A program made the translations under genes and the position numbers. Shown piece by piece: positions 26,121 to 38,548 of a stretch of DNA of 64,000 nucleotides (its first letter is position 1; every line of letters begins with the position of its first letter). Under the pieces are notes generated by a model. That model saw nothing but the letters and a program-made list of their open reading frames with translations. It was not told where the DNA came from and did no database searches. Source of the DNA: Vicugna vicugna (lineage: Eukaryota); contig MU063141.1 in the NCBI GenBank assembly GCA_013265495.1, forward strand, positions 9,063,878-9,127,877, written 5' to 3'.

Positions 26121-27973
26121 AGTTCCAGATAAGGTTATTTAAACTTGTTTTTTTCAAGCTGCAGAACCTGTCCTTCAAGTTGAAGTCTGACACGGAGATC
26201 TGGTATGTAAAAGAGATAAAAATAGAGCTGCTCTGGTTAAGTGGAGTTCTAGGGCCTGGAGACCTACCCACTTAGTCCTTGAAGCACTTCTGAAGGACAG
26301 AGTTTAAGAATCACTGATCTTCAAAGTTGAACTTAGAAGACTTCTTTGGTTTCCTTTTTGATCTCTAGGCCTTTGATTCTTAATCTCTTCACTTCACGTT
26401 TTCTCTGTTTCATGTTCAGACTTTTTCTTGTCCTCAAAATGTTTCTGGAGGTTAAGCACCAGATGCTAAGTAAGAGAGGCCTGGGCTCGTATTCACCCGC
26501 AGACGTAACTTCATAGGTTCTCCGGCTGGAAAGGCTGTAAGACCCATCCCTCAGATTCCTGCTTAAACACGTCTCCTGTGAGCTTTTGGTTTCAACATAT
26601 CCGGGGTCCTCCGTGTTCTGTCCTGTCTCTGACTGCGGTTGAACTGGAAGGTTGGCGTGGAAGCCCATGATCCTTACCCAAACGTGAAATTACCTTTGAT
26701 AGAAGCCAGGAGAAGAAAGGAAAGGGGATGCCCAACCCTGATGATGGAAATCGGTGTCTGAATGGCCCTCAGCCCTCCTTCCCCTTTTGCACTTAGATAG
26801 AGAGATGAGAGAAGTGGGGATTAATGCTAGTGATGACTCTGTCAGCAAGCTGGCCAAGAAGGCAGGGGAAAGGAGAATAATGAATGGCAAGGAGAGAGGG
26901 GAGAGATGGGTCCCTGGCCTGCATATTGCTTCCAAGCAAGGGATGTTCATAGTTCAGGTGCGTCTGTGTCTGGAATTCCATGTGCTTCCTGTACCACTCA
27001 TCCCCCTAATAGTGCTTTTCAACCTCGAGAGTCCATTAAAAGAAGACTTTGATTAAATGCACTGACCAGGGATAATGATTTGCTTAGATGAGGTGAGAAA
27101 TTGAAGTGGCGAGGATGAGATATTTTGGATGTTATTATCAGTTGATGGAAAGTCTTTGACCCTATTTTCAAGAGATTTGACATTTTTATGGAAATAACTT
27201 GGAGCCATTTTATTGTGTTTGGTCTGCTAACTAGAGGTGGTATTTTAAATATATTAGAGTGGAACTAGTCTAGAGTAAAGAGAAAGAGAAGTTAGGGGAG
27301 GGGATAAAGAGAAACAAACAAACGGAGCCAAAAGACGTTTGGAAGAACATTGTAAACCTTGTTCCCACACAACCCTGTAGACACCTCCATTAGAGCAGCT
27401 CTAATGTATAACTACTTGCATGACCAGAAGGATGCATTCAATAGGCACTCACTAAATCCTAATTGGGTTTAAGTAGGTAGGAGTAAAAGAGTAGCGTGTG
27501 AAGAGGTAACTGTTGGCAGTGAGGTTGGAAACGATAAGAATCCTTAAATTGACCATGTGAGCTGACGATGAAACTTCCCCGTTGAAACATTCTGTAAACA
27601 GGTTTTAGGTTGAAACTAGTTTTGCATATGGAACAGTTTTCAAAATGCTTATCAGTACCAAACAGGTGAATAACCTATTTGTTTGAGCCTTTCTGGATTT
27701 AGCATGCACCGCGGATCATGCGCTCATGTGGTCTGCTGTCCCCCAGCAGACGACCTTCTCTCAGACGTCACGAACTCTGGAAGGCATGGTGTCTGGTGTA
27801 GAGGGGCCCTTTGAGGTGAAGGTGAGGGAAGTACCAGAAGTTAATGCATCATGGTGTACTGACAGAGAAAGGAATGACATCACGGACAGAGAGAAGGACT
27901 GAGGAAAAGAAGATTAAAAACACTGAGTTAGCAAGAAAAAATTTTTAAAGAAGTCAGTGGAGAGTACTAGCAA

Positions 27974-28038
27974 AAATAAATAAATAAATAAATAAACAAA
28001 CAAATAATAAATGAATGAATGAATGAATGAATGAATGA
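27974..28038 (+). repeat. Compound (AAAT)n/(AAAC)n/(GAAT)n microsatellite
   Basis: Seen directly. Confidence 0.9.
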
Positions 28039-28579
28039 AAATATGGGAAAGATCAAGGCATGTGCTAAAGGGAAGAAGGGTATTTAGAAAGTGCTGGGCT
28101 CTAAGCTCACACCTATGAAGTATGGGGTTTAAAGTTAGCACCTCCACTGAGGGGCTGAGATACCGTGTCTGAGGCAGTCTTGCGGGTACTGCAGGCTTCC
28201 CTTGGATCCTCTTAAATCTGGGATTTGTTGGAGGTGGTCAGTGTCCAGGCAGACCTGATGGGTCTACTTCTTTTAGACCTGAAAGAAATACAGCTTCATG
28301 GCTGGAAACTGCTGCTGTTATCTTCACCAGACGAGCCTTGCAGGTGTGTGGACCTCTTTCAGCAAGACCCCCTCCAGCTGACTCCTTCCGTTTGGTCTTA
28401 GAACACAACATCCTCCATAAAAATATCTCCCCCACCTCGCATTCAGTGCACTCTTATCTCAAGGTTTGCCTCATAGACAAACTGCCTGGAAGAGAGTTTT
28501 CGAGGCACAGTACAGCTTCTTCAGATCACATTTACTCCTCACCTTGTTTTGATGCAGTATCTATGCTAAGACTGTTCAG

Positions 28580-28860
28580 AAACCGTTCTAACAAAGGTCT
28601 CCCATGACTGCTCACCTGCTAAGGGCCAGATTACACCAATCATTCAGTGTTTGTCCTGCTTCCCAACTCTCTGTGGAAAAGCATACCTCCTCGAGGTCCT
28701 CACCTTCCCTGATTTCAGTGGCTGAGTTGTTCATGGACCTTTCATTCTCGTTGGATTGGACCCGCTTCTCATCTTCACTGGCTTTTTGTCTGCCACTCAC
28801 ATCCTGAAGATCAGTCTCTGACTACCCTCCTGCCAAGTCGTGTTCTGCACCCTTTCATCC
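28580..28860 (+). mobile_element. L2 ORF2 remnant
   Basis: Degenerate pyrimidine-rich L2-like sequence. Confidence 0.4.
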
Positions 28861-29479
28861 ATCTCGTGTTCTTGTGGGTTTTGATGCTGAGTGTCATCAG
28901 AATCCTGTATTTTCAGCCAAGATCATTTAGAAGCCATAAACCCTGAAATTATGTTTCCTATGTGATGTAATTCAAAACAAAACCACTACTGAGCCATCAA
29001 AATAAGTTGAAGGAGTTTAACAAAATTCTTACAGTTTCCATGATGTTGATGCCTTTTGGGAAAAATAATAAATCTCTTTATTTTCCAAAAAAATTTTTTT
29101 AACTTTTGGTATTTCAACTTTGCTGCTGCCCTAATCTTTGTCATCCTGGAGGACAGCCCAGCATTGTTCTTGACCCTTTGTATCTGCTGTTCTTACATTG
29201 GCATGACCTTTCTCCCTTCTCTTTGCCCCAGCCACCCTTGTCCCAAACAACGCAGAAAACGAATGGAACTTGTTAGGCATCTGATGTAGGAATCTCTTTC
29301 TGTTTTACTTTTCTTCCCATGTTTTCTCTTATTTCTTTGTTCTTATTTGAAGCTTCTCATCTTAGATGTAACTTGCAGTTACTCTTTCCAGTCTCATTGA
29401 GCCCCTCTTCACACTGCTGCCTTCTATCATGTGTGTCAGTGATGCAGCCTTTGAAGTCACTGGAATAGAATAGGTGCTC

Positions 29480-29800
29480 CCTACTCCAGGCATTTGCTGA
29501 TGCTGGTCCCCCTTTCTGAATACTCTTGTCCTTCTTCCAGCTGACTAACCCCTGGATGGATCTAGCTTGCTGCCTTTTCCTCCAGGGAATCTCTGCTCAC
29601 CCCAAGAGGAGGTGAAATCCACTTGCTGAATGTTACCCATCCTCCTCCCCTCCTCTTTGTAATTGTCAGTGCACTTGTCATGATTTGTTTAATACCTAAT
29701 AAAATACATGAGAGCAGAGACCATTTCTGTCTTGTTCAAGGCTGTGTTCACCACCTAACCGTCTTCTCATGGCTATAAATACATGTTGAATTGAACAGAT
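29480..29800 (+). mobile_element. L2 3' region
   Basis: 'ctccaggcatttgctgatgctggtcccc...catgagagcagagaccatttctgtcttgttca...aaatacatgttgaattgaa'. Confidence 0.55.
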
Positions 29801-29950
29801 GAGATACAGGTAATAAGTCGGCAAAGTCCCACTTTATTTTTCCAGACCCAGTTCAAATGCCACCTTTCTATGAAGCCTCCCCACCCCAGACAAAAACATA
29901 GATCCCTCATAGAATTTACACACTCCATTATGGTAGTTCAGAAGTCAACT

Positions 29951-30295
29951 GGCAAGACTGTCAAGGTCATGAAAGACAAGGGAAGACTGAGGGACTGTCA
30001 TGGAATGGAGGAGACTGAAGGGACATGTTGATGAGTAAATGTAACATGGGATCCTGCCATGGATCCTGGAACAGAAAGAGGACATCAGTGGAAATGCTGG
30101 TGAAGTACAAATAAAGTGTGTAGGTTAGTTAGTAGTACTGTACCACGGTCAGTGCCTTAGTTTTGCTAATTGGTATGAAGACTGCACGCTATGTTAACAT
30201 TAGGGCAATCTGCGTGAAAGGTATATGGGAAACTTCTGTACAATTTTTTAAAGACTTTTTCTAAAGTCTTAAAGTATTTCCAAATAAAAAGTTAA
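29951..30295 (+). mobile_element. Old L1MC-type 3' end inserted in an L2 tail (L2 ~29845-30400), with TSD
   Basis: 'aagactgtcaaggtcatgaaagacaagggaagactgagg...gatcctggaacagaaagaggacat...ccaaataaaaagttaaa', flanked by AAGTCAACT at 29942-29950 and 30296-30304. Confidence 0.75.
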
Positions 30296-33200
30296 AAGTC
30301 AACTAGGAGCTTTCCGTAGACTGAAAGTATACCTTAATATTTAGATTCTTAGACCCTAGCAGTGCCCAGCCTAGTACATGCTCAATAAAACTGAATTAAT
30401 TTACCCTCACTTGTTCCCACTTTGGTTATTTGCAGTCTCTGTTTTCTCCTTGCCCTTCCTGTCTTACCTAGCAACAGCTTGGCGCCCTTAGGGAGGACCG
30501 GGTCCCAGAGTGCATGTGCTTGAGAGGCCAGCATCCTGCCTTTTGGTGGCAATGATACTGTGCTACATACACCCTGTATATTGGTAATTTGCCTTCATCA
30601 GGACTGAAGGTAATAAAGAAGAGTCATACTAGAGAAAAACAAAATAAAAATGGGGAATCTGGTCTTCTTCTACCTTGGTTTTAAGTTGTATATATTTTAC
30701 CTTTTAATTTCAATTTTTTGTTTATCTTTGAATACCAAGGTATTCCAGCCAGATTCCCAGTTGAGCATCTTTTTTTTTTTTTTTTTTTTGGATGATTCAG
30801 TACATCCCTATTTTACGTGTTGAGGACTGACCAGGACTGACTTCTTACTAGTAGCTCAAAATGTCAGCTCAATTTTTGTGTAGAAAATGTTTGTCTAAAA
30901 TGTCTTGAACATATATAAAAAGTCTTTATCCTAACATATTGTGGTAGAAATCCAAAACACAGTGGCTTTTAAGATAACTTGTAAAGGTTGAAAAAATAAG
31001 TTTAAAACCTCAGGAATCCTTGTAAAAACATCCCTGAGTATTTCCAAGAGTGTTCTAAACTTAGTCCATCACCTTAGGATGACTGTATAATAGCACATGT
31101 AATTAATATGAGCTATAATAAGACCTTCTAATCAACTGGATATTTAAGAAAAAAGCTTTCTAAAGGTTGAATCATTTATAGAAATTTAGGGTCAGTAGAT
31201 GGTTATTTTCCTCTTGCTCATAAAACCTTTGACTTGCAATTATATCCTATTGAAAACACATTTCAGCCATAACTTAACCATCATTTGCTCTCACAAACCG
31301 TGTGCTACTAACAACAGAGTTAAGGTTGTCTTAGCAAAGAAAAGTCCCTCTTGCCTGTTTCTCGGCATCCTCCCCTAGGGCTTTCTGCTCTGCACAGCTA
31401 GCTTACCTGTGTATTTCTGTGGCATCTATCATCTCTGTATCTAGGCATTCACACCTCACAAACACAAACATCCACAGATGGAAAGCGTGCAGAGGCTTCC
31501 TGCAGAGAACATTTTGACAATTCAGCAAGGCAGCTTGCCACACGTTTGTTCCTTTAGCAGAAAATATGGGTAACTGAACGAAGCCGTTTCAACTAGAATT
31601 CAAAAGAAAAGAGAAAAAAGAAAGACCTCAGTTTTCACATATGACCATTTTGAAAACATTTACTGAATACCCGAATGCTCCCCACTTGGTGAGATGTCAC
31701 AGATGCTTTTGCACAGTCAACATGTGTAGAGACTCAGCAACATGTGCCAAATCTCAGGACCGTAAGTGGGGAATCGCTTTTCTTGGGTACACTGCAGAAG
31801 TGGCCTCTCTTCTAAACTCTCTTGTGTTTTTCCATTAAAAAGATGAACAAATACCAACCTTACCTGTTAATAAGCTTTCTCTACTTAAGGGTGTGGAACT
31901 TCCATACACAAAGAAGCAAATATATGATGATATCCCTAATTAGGTATCTTTTCAGGCACAATTGTAGAATATAAACTTCCAATATTTCATACAGGTTCCT
32001 TACTTTCACTGTTTAATTTGTAACATCAACCAGTTCTCACATCAACTGGTTTTCCACTTGAGATCCTTGCTTCTTAGGATTAGGACTAATACTTTCAAGA
32101 ATTCCATTTTTTTCCATGCCATTTTTACAACAAAATAAGAAAATATACTGAAATACTCAAATAAACAGTGCTACTCACTTCAAGATGGCCTCACTGTTCA
32201 AACTGTAGTGTTGGCCCCCAGGCAGGACCACCATGCAGTGGTTTGCAGTATTTGTTCAATAACTGATGTTCAGAAGCCTGGATTATAGAAAGGCTGAAGA
32301 CATATCTACAAAGATTATACCACAGTGCCCTCTAGCCTATGTAGCAGGAAGAAAAAATTTTCCCCTCCCTGATGCTGTTCATTTCTGGAGGTACGTTATT
32401 TCGCAACAGCCTTTTAGCTATGGGCAGGCTAAATATATTTGTTATATAAAAGGTACTAACCTTCTGCTGAATACTCCCTACAATGCTTTTTCTTATAGCA
32501 GACATCATCAGGTCACTTTCTTGAAGAACCAGTGCCTCCTTGCCGAAGAGATAGCCAGTATCCTAAGGTGCTAACAGGTGCAGAAACAGCACCACTGTTT
32601 CTCAAGACTCCACCTTTGGAGTCGTTTGCCTGATTGAGTTAACGCAGAGCAGCGCTCCGCTTCCCACCTCTCCTGCTTTCCCCCCTTGAAGAGTAGCAAT
32701 CCATAAACTATCCTTGAATGTGGCAAAGGCAGGCGTCCTTGGTGTTATTTAATTATCATTGATCCTGAATGCATTATTGTCTGTTACCCACATTCTCTCC
32801 CTTCGTATCATTTTGGGAAAGAAAAACAATCCATAGATTTAAGCCTTCCTGTCTATGTTGGTTTAAGTTCAATAAATAGACTTTAAAGAGCAAATTTAGT
32901 ATTTCCTAGAAGCTTTTTTTGATTACTGTTATCTGTGGTTTTTTTCCCTCCACCTCCTCTTCAAGGGGAAACCCTGAAAGACTGAAACTTTAACCCCAAG
33001 AATTCCATTAAGTGAGGTCCACAATATATATTTTCTTTAGAGAATTAAAAGGATTATTATCTTGAAAATCTCCAAATTGTAGAAGCAGATAAATAGTAGA
33101 ACATAATTTATTCTTTGTCACTAAATAACCTTGGAAGTTTGCTAAAAAAGAAATCTCTTTCCTGAATATAGGAAACATTTAATGGGAAAAAGTACTCCTG

Positions 33201-34354
33201 AGGTTTGCAGTACATAGACTTTTTAACTCAGAAAATATACTGCTGCACATTTATACTCTGCCATAAAGTACTATAATGAATAATTAAAATAGAACTAGAA
33301 TTGTTAAAACAAATGGTAACTATGGATTGTGGTACGGTGCTCTTAATTTTTTTTATGCTTTTTTTTTTGCTTGTTGATTTGCATAGCATAGTAAGAAGCA
33401 AAGGATTTCCCAGTCATTAAATGTGAATTAACAGGAAGGATTTTAATGAGTATTTTGATCTGATTTCAGATTTTAGCTAGTTATTTAATCCTATACTTTT
33501 CTCTTGCGTTTGCTCTAAAAAGTAACTTAGTTATTTGTATATATAATAAGTTTTTGAAGGTACACTGATCAGAACTTCATGGCTGGAAAAATAAACTGCA
33601 GCAGTTAATTTTTCACATAGATGTGGAGCTTTCCCTTGTGCTTGCTTCTGAGCATTGAAGAAATGAGCAAGTCAGACAATATGTGTCTTTTCTATTAAAT
33701 AATTCAGAAGCAGTAAAAACAATATACACTTAGGATCTTTATACTTCATTTTGATGTATAGGCTCTTACAACAGCAACAATATTTCTGTGTCTATATCCA
33801 AATATACTAAGTGATTTTGAAATGACTTTTCCCAAAAAACTGTCACTATTTTCTACATTAGGTCGTTGGTGCCCAAAACAGTTCACCCTCACTGTCTCCC
33901 TGCATCTCTTTTGCAATGTTCCAAAATGCCCTTACCTGGGGACTTCAACCATGAGCTGATGAACAGAACTAGGCGTTTTCACAAGTTGTTGCCCAGTGCT
34001 GGAGCAAAGGACCTGGCATAGGATGAAGGCCGCAGAGTGACTATTGGGAACCTTCTCAGGTGACCCAAGCTTTGAAGCTGATGCTCTTCCCGTATCCCTG
34101 TACCTTCCTAGAACTCTTGCCAAAAGCATCCCTCAGGGCAGCTGTTTCTTTGAGGTGGGCACCTAACGTCACCTAAGGAGCCATGGCTCTGCTATTATTG
34201 GCAATCCCACTTAACCTCACAGTGTATTAAAATAATCAAATTGTGCTAAACATGTGACCCTAAATCCAAAACAAGGAATCCTTGACAGTAGGAAAGGAGA
34301 TGGAGTAGGGAGGTAGGAGAGAAGGAGAGGGTCTGACATTTGCAGTATACTTCC

Positions 34355-34760
34355 TAAATATCAGGTGTTTGATGTGTGTTATCGAATCATTGTCACACCA
34401 CTGTAAGGAAGCAAGGAACTGGTTTCTCAGTTTAGAAAAAATTTTAATTGAAGTACAGTTGATTTCCAACGTTGTGTTAATTTCTGGTGTACAGCATGGT
34501 GATTCAGTTATACATATGTATATATTTCTTTTCATGTTCTTTTTCATTATAGGCTGTTACAAGATACTGAATATCTTATTGTTTATTTTACATATAGTAG
34601 TTAGTATCTGCAAACCCTGAACTCCCAGTTTATCCCTCCACACCCCTACCCACAGTTCCTCAGTTTTGCATGTGAAAAATGTTAACTGCTTTTCCAGGGT
34701 TACCCTTGCCCTGTGAGTCCTAGATCTTGGATTGCCAGCCAGGTGTTTTTGGCTCCAAAG
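34355..34760 (-). mobile_element. MIR split by a young L1
   Basis: MIR sequence resumes after the L1 as 'ctcagttttgcatgtgaaaaa...ccagggttac...ggctccaaagctca'. Confidence 0.5.
34434..34654 (-). mobile_element. Young L1 3' end (~220 bp) with a near-perfect TSD
   Basis: Homologous to the other copies; GTTTCTCAGTTT at 34422-34433 versus GTTCCTCAGTTT at 34655-34666. Confidence 0.85.
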
Positions 34761-35894
34761 CTCATTTCCCCCCAGCATATACCCATACTCAAGAGGATTT
34801 TCTCAGGAAGAAATATTTTGTTGTTGTTGAAAGCACCATGGCAGCTTTGAGGAGGCTTTGTGTACCACGTTACTCCTCAAACAGTACGATACGGCTGTAG
34901 AACACTGCAGGGACCTTTGGTTTGTTACTGCAGTGACAGGGGAACAAGGAAATAAGAAGAGTGGGTCTTTGCTCTCCTGTTGCTTCCTGTCTCTTGTCTG
35001 ATACTCATTTTCCCTCGGGCCAGCACTTAGACTGGGATCTGTGGTGGGTGTTACTCAGGGCAATCATTATTCCAGGTAAGAAGTCTCAGTCGCTGATTGT
35101 GAAGGTCAGTCCAGGTTTTACATCCAGCATACTCCTCAACTTTCTTTAGATAGCCCCGAGTTCAAGTGCTCCTATTCTTTGCCGTAAAAACAATCTCTTA
35201 AATGCATACCATCTTACTATGTGTGAGACTATTCTGTACGTTGGCAGAAAATAAAAAGGTCGCCTGTCAAACCATATAGCCTGGTTTCCATTCAGAGATT
35301 ATGTTTATTATAGCCACAGGGTATCGGGAAGCATAAGGACTATCTGGTGCAATATTTAGGACCTCCCTGTCCACCAGATGTGACACCCACGTGGTGGAGG
35401 GAAGCCATCCCTTGTGTGAGCAAGAAGGAAATGTTGTTGTAGGCTCCATTCAGTTTTCACTTTGTCTTGTCTGTTGCTTAAAATAACTGCACTTTGTAGT
35501 CTTTTCCTTCATCGTGTGAAATTGCAGATGCTTACTGGTTTCATTCTTTTGTTGAATTAACTCCCCCTCTAATGGATGTTTTTTGTTTTCAAAACAAAGC
35601 TCTCTGTTCCAGTTTGAATAGCTCCCTCTGACATGGTAAAGTTCTGTTATTTTGCTTGTATAATCAAGATTTCCTTTCATTTTTCAAGTTAAAAATACTC
35701 TAAGAGATGTGAATGAGAATTTCCATGCAGCTGATTTAAATGTCCTGGTCTGTTTTCATCCCCGGGTCTCCACTGCCCTGGGAGAAATGTGGAGTTCTGG
35801 GAAATGGTGGTGTGTGCCTTCTCTGCTTTGAAATAACATGCGGGGTTTAAAAGTCAAGACCAAAAGTATTTTGTCTCAGCTTTTAACGTAGAAA

Positions 35895-36575
35895 CTGCTA
35901 GTTTTCTACCCAATATCTATTCTCCCTTAGCTCACAAGAAACCTAGCTTTCTTCCCCAGCTGGCAGTGTGCCTAGACAAACACCATTGTTTCCCAGAGCC
36001 CCTCAGGTGGTCAGTGAGATGCAGCTGAAGGGTCGGTGGGCTTTCAGGAAGGCTGCGTCAGGCAGACTGGCTCGGCTAAGAGACACACCTTTTGGCCCTT
36101 TCCTTCTTCCTCCTCTTCCTGCTTGGAATGCAGTGTCTGGAGCTTCACAGGCTCTGTGGGCCTCCAGGTTGAAAGCCACATAGAGAGAGAAGATTCTAGT
36201 TACCTTGATGATTTTGGAGCTGATGTGGCAGCGTGTACCACCTGCGTCTATACGGTCGTCCCTCAGTCTCTGTGGGGTACTGGTTCCAGAACCTCATGAA
36301 TAACAAAATCTATGGATGCTCAAGCCCTGAATATAAAATGGCACAATGCTGACTGCCCTCTGTATCCGTGGGGTTCCGCATGTGCGGGTCTGGAGGACAG
36401 GAAGGGTGATTGATCAGAACTGATCCTCAGTTGGTTGAATCCGAGACACACAACCCGCACATACAAAGGGCTGACGTACTTCCTTTATCTGAATTGGAAG
36501 TAAATTTCCGACTGCTTTGAGCCACACATTTGAGGTTCCTGTTACATGCAGACAAACCTAATCATACCTGATAGG
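35895..36575 (+). mobile_element. Old MaLR (MLT1J/K-like) solo LTR split by a Tigger2-type MITE
   Basis: Start 'gctagttttctacccaatatctattctcccc...'; end 'tttgagccac...ttcctgttacatgcagacaaacctaatc..cctgata'. Confidence 0.55.
36253..36476. mobile_element. MER2/Tigger2-type TcMar MITE
   Basis: Termini 'cggtcgtccctcag...' and '...gggctgacg' are flanked by TA (36251-2, 36477-8). Internal 'ggatgctcaagccctgaatataaaatggc' and 'ggttgaatcc' match. Confidence 0.75.
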
Positions 36576-37751
36576 TTTTCTTCAACTTTCCCATGACTGT
36601 AATGCAGAAACATCTACTCCTACTTCACTGGTCTCTTCTCTCCCAACTCTTAAGTCCCTCCTTTTCTACTTATCACTGGCATTTAAAAGGACATCCTACC
36701 TGAAAATCACATATGCAGACTGGTCCGACCTGAGAAGGTGTTCACAGCAATTTCTGCTGTTTCTTCCATTGTTCTCCTTTGGACACAGAGTTTTCAGAGG
36801 CACAGGGGCTTTTCGCAGCAGCACTCTCCGCAGTAGTTGTGGGGTGGGGCATGCAGGACAGGGCAGTTGTTTTGCATGCATGGACCACTGAAGTCTACAA
36901 TGTAGCCTGCAGCCCCAGATGAGCTGGACAGCGTTAGTCTCACGTAGGGCAGGGATATATTTTCTTTGCTGTGGTGTCTGCAGGGAGGAGAGTCTTCTCA
37001 CCAGCAGCACCTCCCTGGGTAAGTGTTTCATGGATTAGGATGACGAGAGCTCCCTTGAAGCCTTTACTAAGAGGCAGGGGCCTCTTACCTGCCTTCCTGC
37101 AACTTTCTGTAGGTTTGCTAATGTCAAAGACGATGGAGGTCACATTCAGCCAAGGATAATTAAAGGAGTGATCCAGTGACAAGGAAATAAAACCTTGAAG
37201 GAACATTATGAACATGTATGGGGAAGGTGGAGTAAGTTACTCGGGCATAAACCCAAGAGAGGTGCAGAAGTGCAACACAGAGAAACAAGACAACCTGATC
37301 CCTTTCTATGCCACGTGCCCTGCCAGAAGGGCTGATGCTGTCACATGCATGCTATGTCATATCGCTGTCACCCTCAGCCACTGTCAGAATGCTTGGTGTT
37401 GAGACCTCACATAAACTTTCCTGCTCAGCAGCCCAATCCCTACCAGCCCAGTCTGTTCCCCCTCTAGGCACCAAAGTGCTTGGCATTCTTGCAGAGAGTA
37501 ATTTCAAGGTATAATTGTTGATAATAAACACACTACATTGGATACAAGCTGGACTAGGAAAGAGTGTCAAAAAAAGAAATCTGTGATGGTAATGGTTTGT
37601 AAGTTGATAATGAATATGCTAACAAGATAAAGCTTTTATTAAAATTATGAGTCTATCTCATTCTCTCTTTCTCTGTTTTATATTAAAAAAACTGGGAGGG
37701 GATTATTTCAGTTTTACTTGGCATAGATTCTTCATTTTAGGAGAAATGAAT

Positions 37752-37776
37752 ACACACACACACACACACACACACA
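37752..37776 (+). repeat. (AC)12 microsatellite
   Basis: Seen directly. Confidence 0.95.
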
Positions 37777-37809
37777 TTTACATATATATTTAATGTATAT
37801 GCATTTTAG

Positions 37810-38170
37810 GGCAACATCAAGAGCTTGGAAGGGTTCCAGAAAAGAGTAAATGCAATTGTCCATAGGTTGGGAAATCAGCCTTTAACAAAAGGTTAAAGGA
37901 GTTGGGTGAATTTGGTCTGGAGTAGAGGCAATGTAGTAATTATTAAAGAGCTGTTATTAAGGAAGACATTGGCCAATGTTCTCTTTCCCCCTAGAAGACA
38001 TAAATCAAAGGAATTGTTTAAACTCAAGGAGAAGAGAGGGATTTAGATTAAATATTGGGAAGCTCTTGAAAGTGAGCATCATTAAAGAAAAGAATGTCAC
38101 AAACTGTAGTCATTTATTGGGGAAGGCTGGGGAAGCTTTGTCTCAAGATATTAGTGTGGTGGGCGTAGCA
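37810..38170 (+). mobile_element. CR1/L3 ORF2 C-terminal remnant
   Basis: Translates (with frameshift and stop) as GNIKSLEGFQKRVNAIVHRLGNQP/NKRLKELGEFGLE*R...FSFPLED...FRLNIGK, versus the CR1 motif DIDKLERVQRRATKMI.GLE..YEERLKELGLFSLEKRR...FRLDIRK. Confidence 0.7.
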
Positions 38171-38510
38171 CAGGCTCTGAACTGAGAACTGGTTTTGAAA
38201 CTTAGTTCTTGCCTTAGTTAATATGAAGAAAATGATCTTTAAAGTTCCTCCACTCTGTAGGGTTTTTAGAGATTATGGAACATAGTATTTGGACAAGCAT
38301 TTGGGTGATAAAGGCGATAAATAAACATAACTTTCCCCCCTTAATTTCCAAACTATTATTTGTTTGAGGTTTTACAGCACAAGGGTCAGCGGTATGTTCT
38401 TGTTGGTATTGTCTTCCTTTGTTTTGCAAAGGATTTGGCTTTTGTAGAAAAATGGATCCTGGTGTTTTGTGGCAGGTGATTATTATTACTGGGGTTTACA
38501 AAGCTCTAAC

Positions 38511-38512
<2 letters not shown>

Positions 38513-38542
<30 letters not shown>

Positions 38543-38548
38543 GTGCAT
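38513..38548. repeat. (GT)n(GC)n alternating purine-pyrimidine tract, potentially Z-DNA forming
   Basis: 36 bp of uninterrupted R/Y alternation including (CG)5. Confidence 0.9.

Noticed and set aside
24603-26202. Plus-strand exon candidates at 24603, 25118-25252 and 26159-26202
   Set aside because: They have good acceptors but stops in most frames, incompatible phases with each other and with 27747-27821, and no recognisable peptide.
36718-36752. Partial similarity to the 5' end of Y3 RNA (GACTGGTCCGA...GGTGTTCACAGCAATT)
   Set aside because: Interrupted match with no complementary 3' stem (TTGACTAGCC) or oligo-T terminator at the expected distance.
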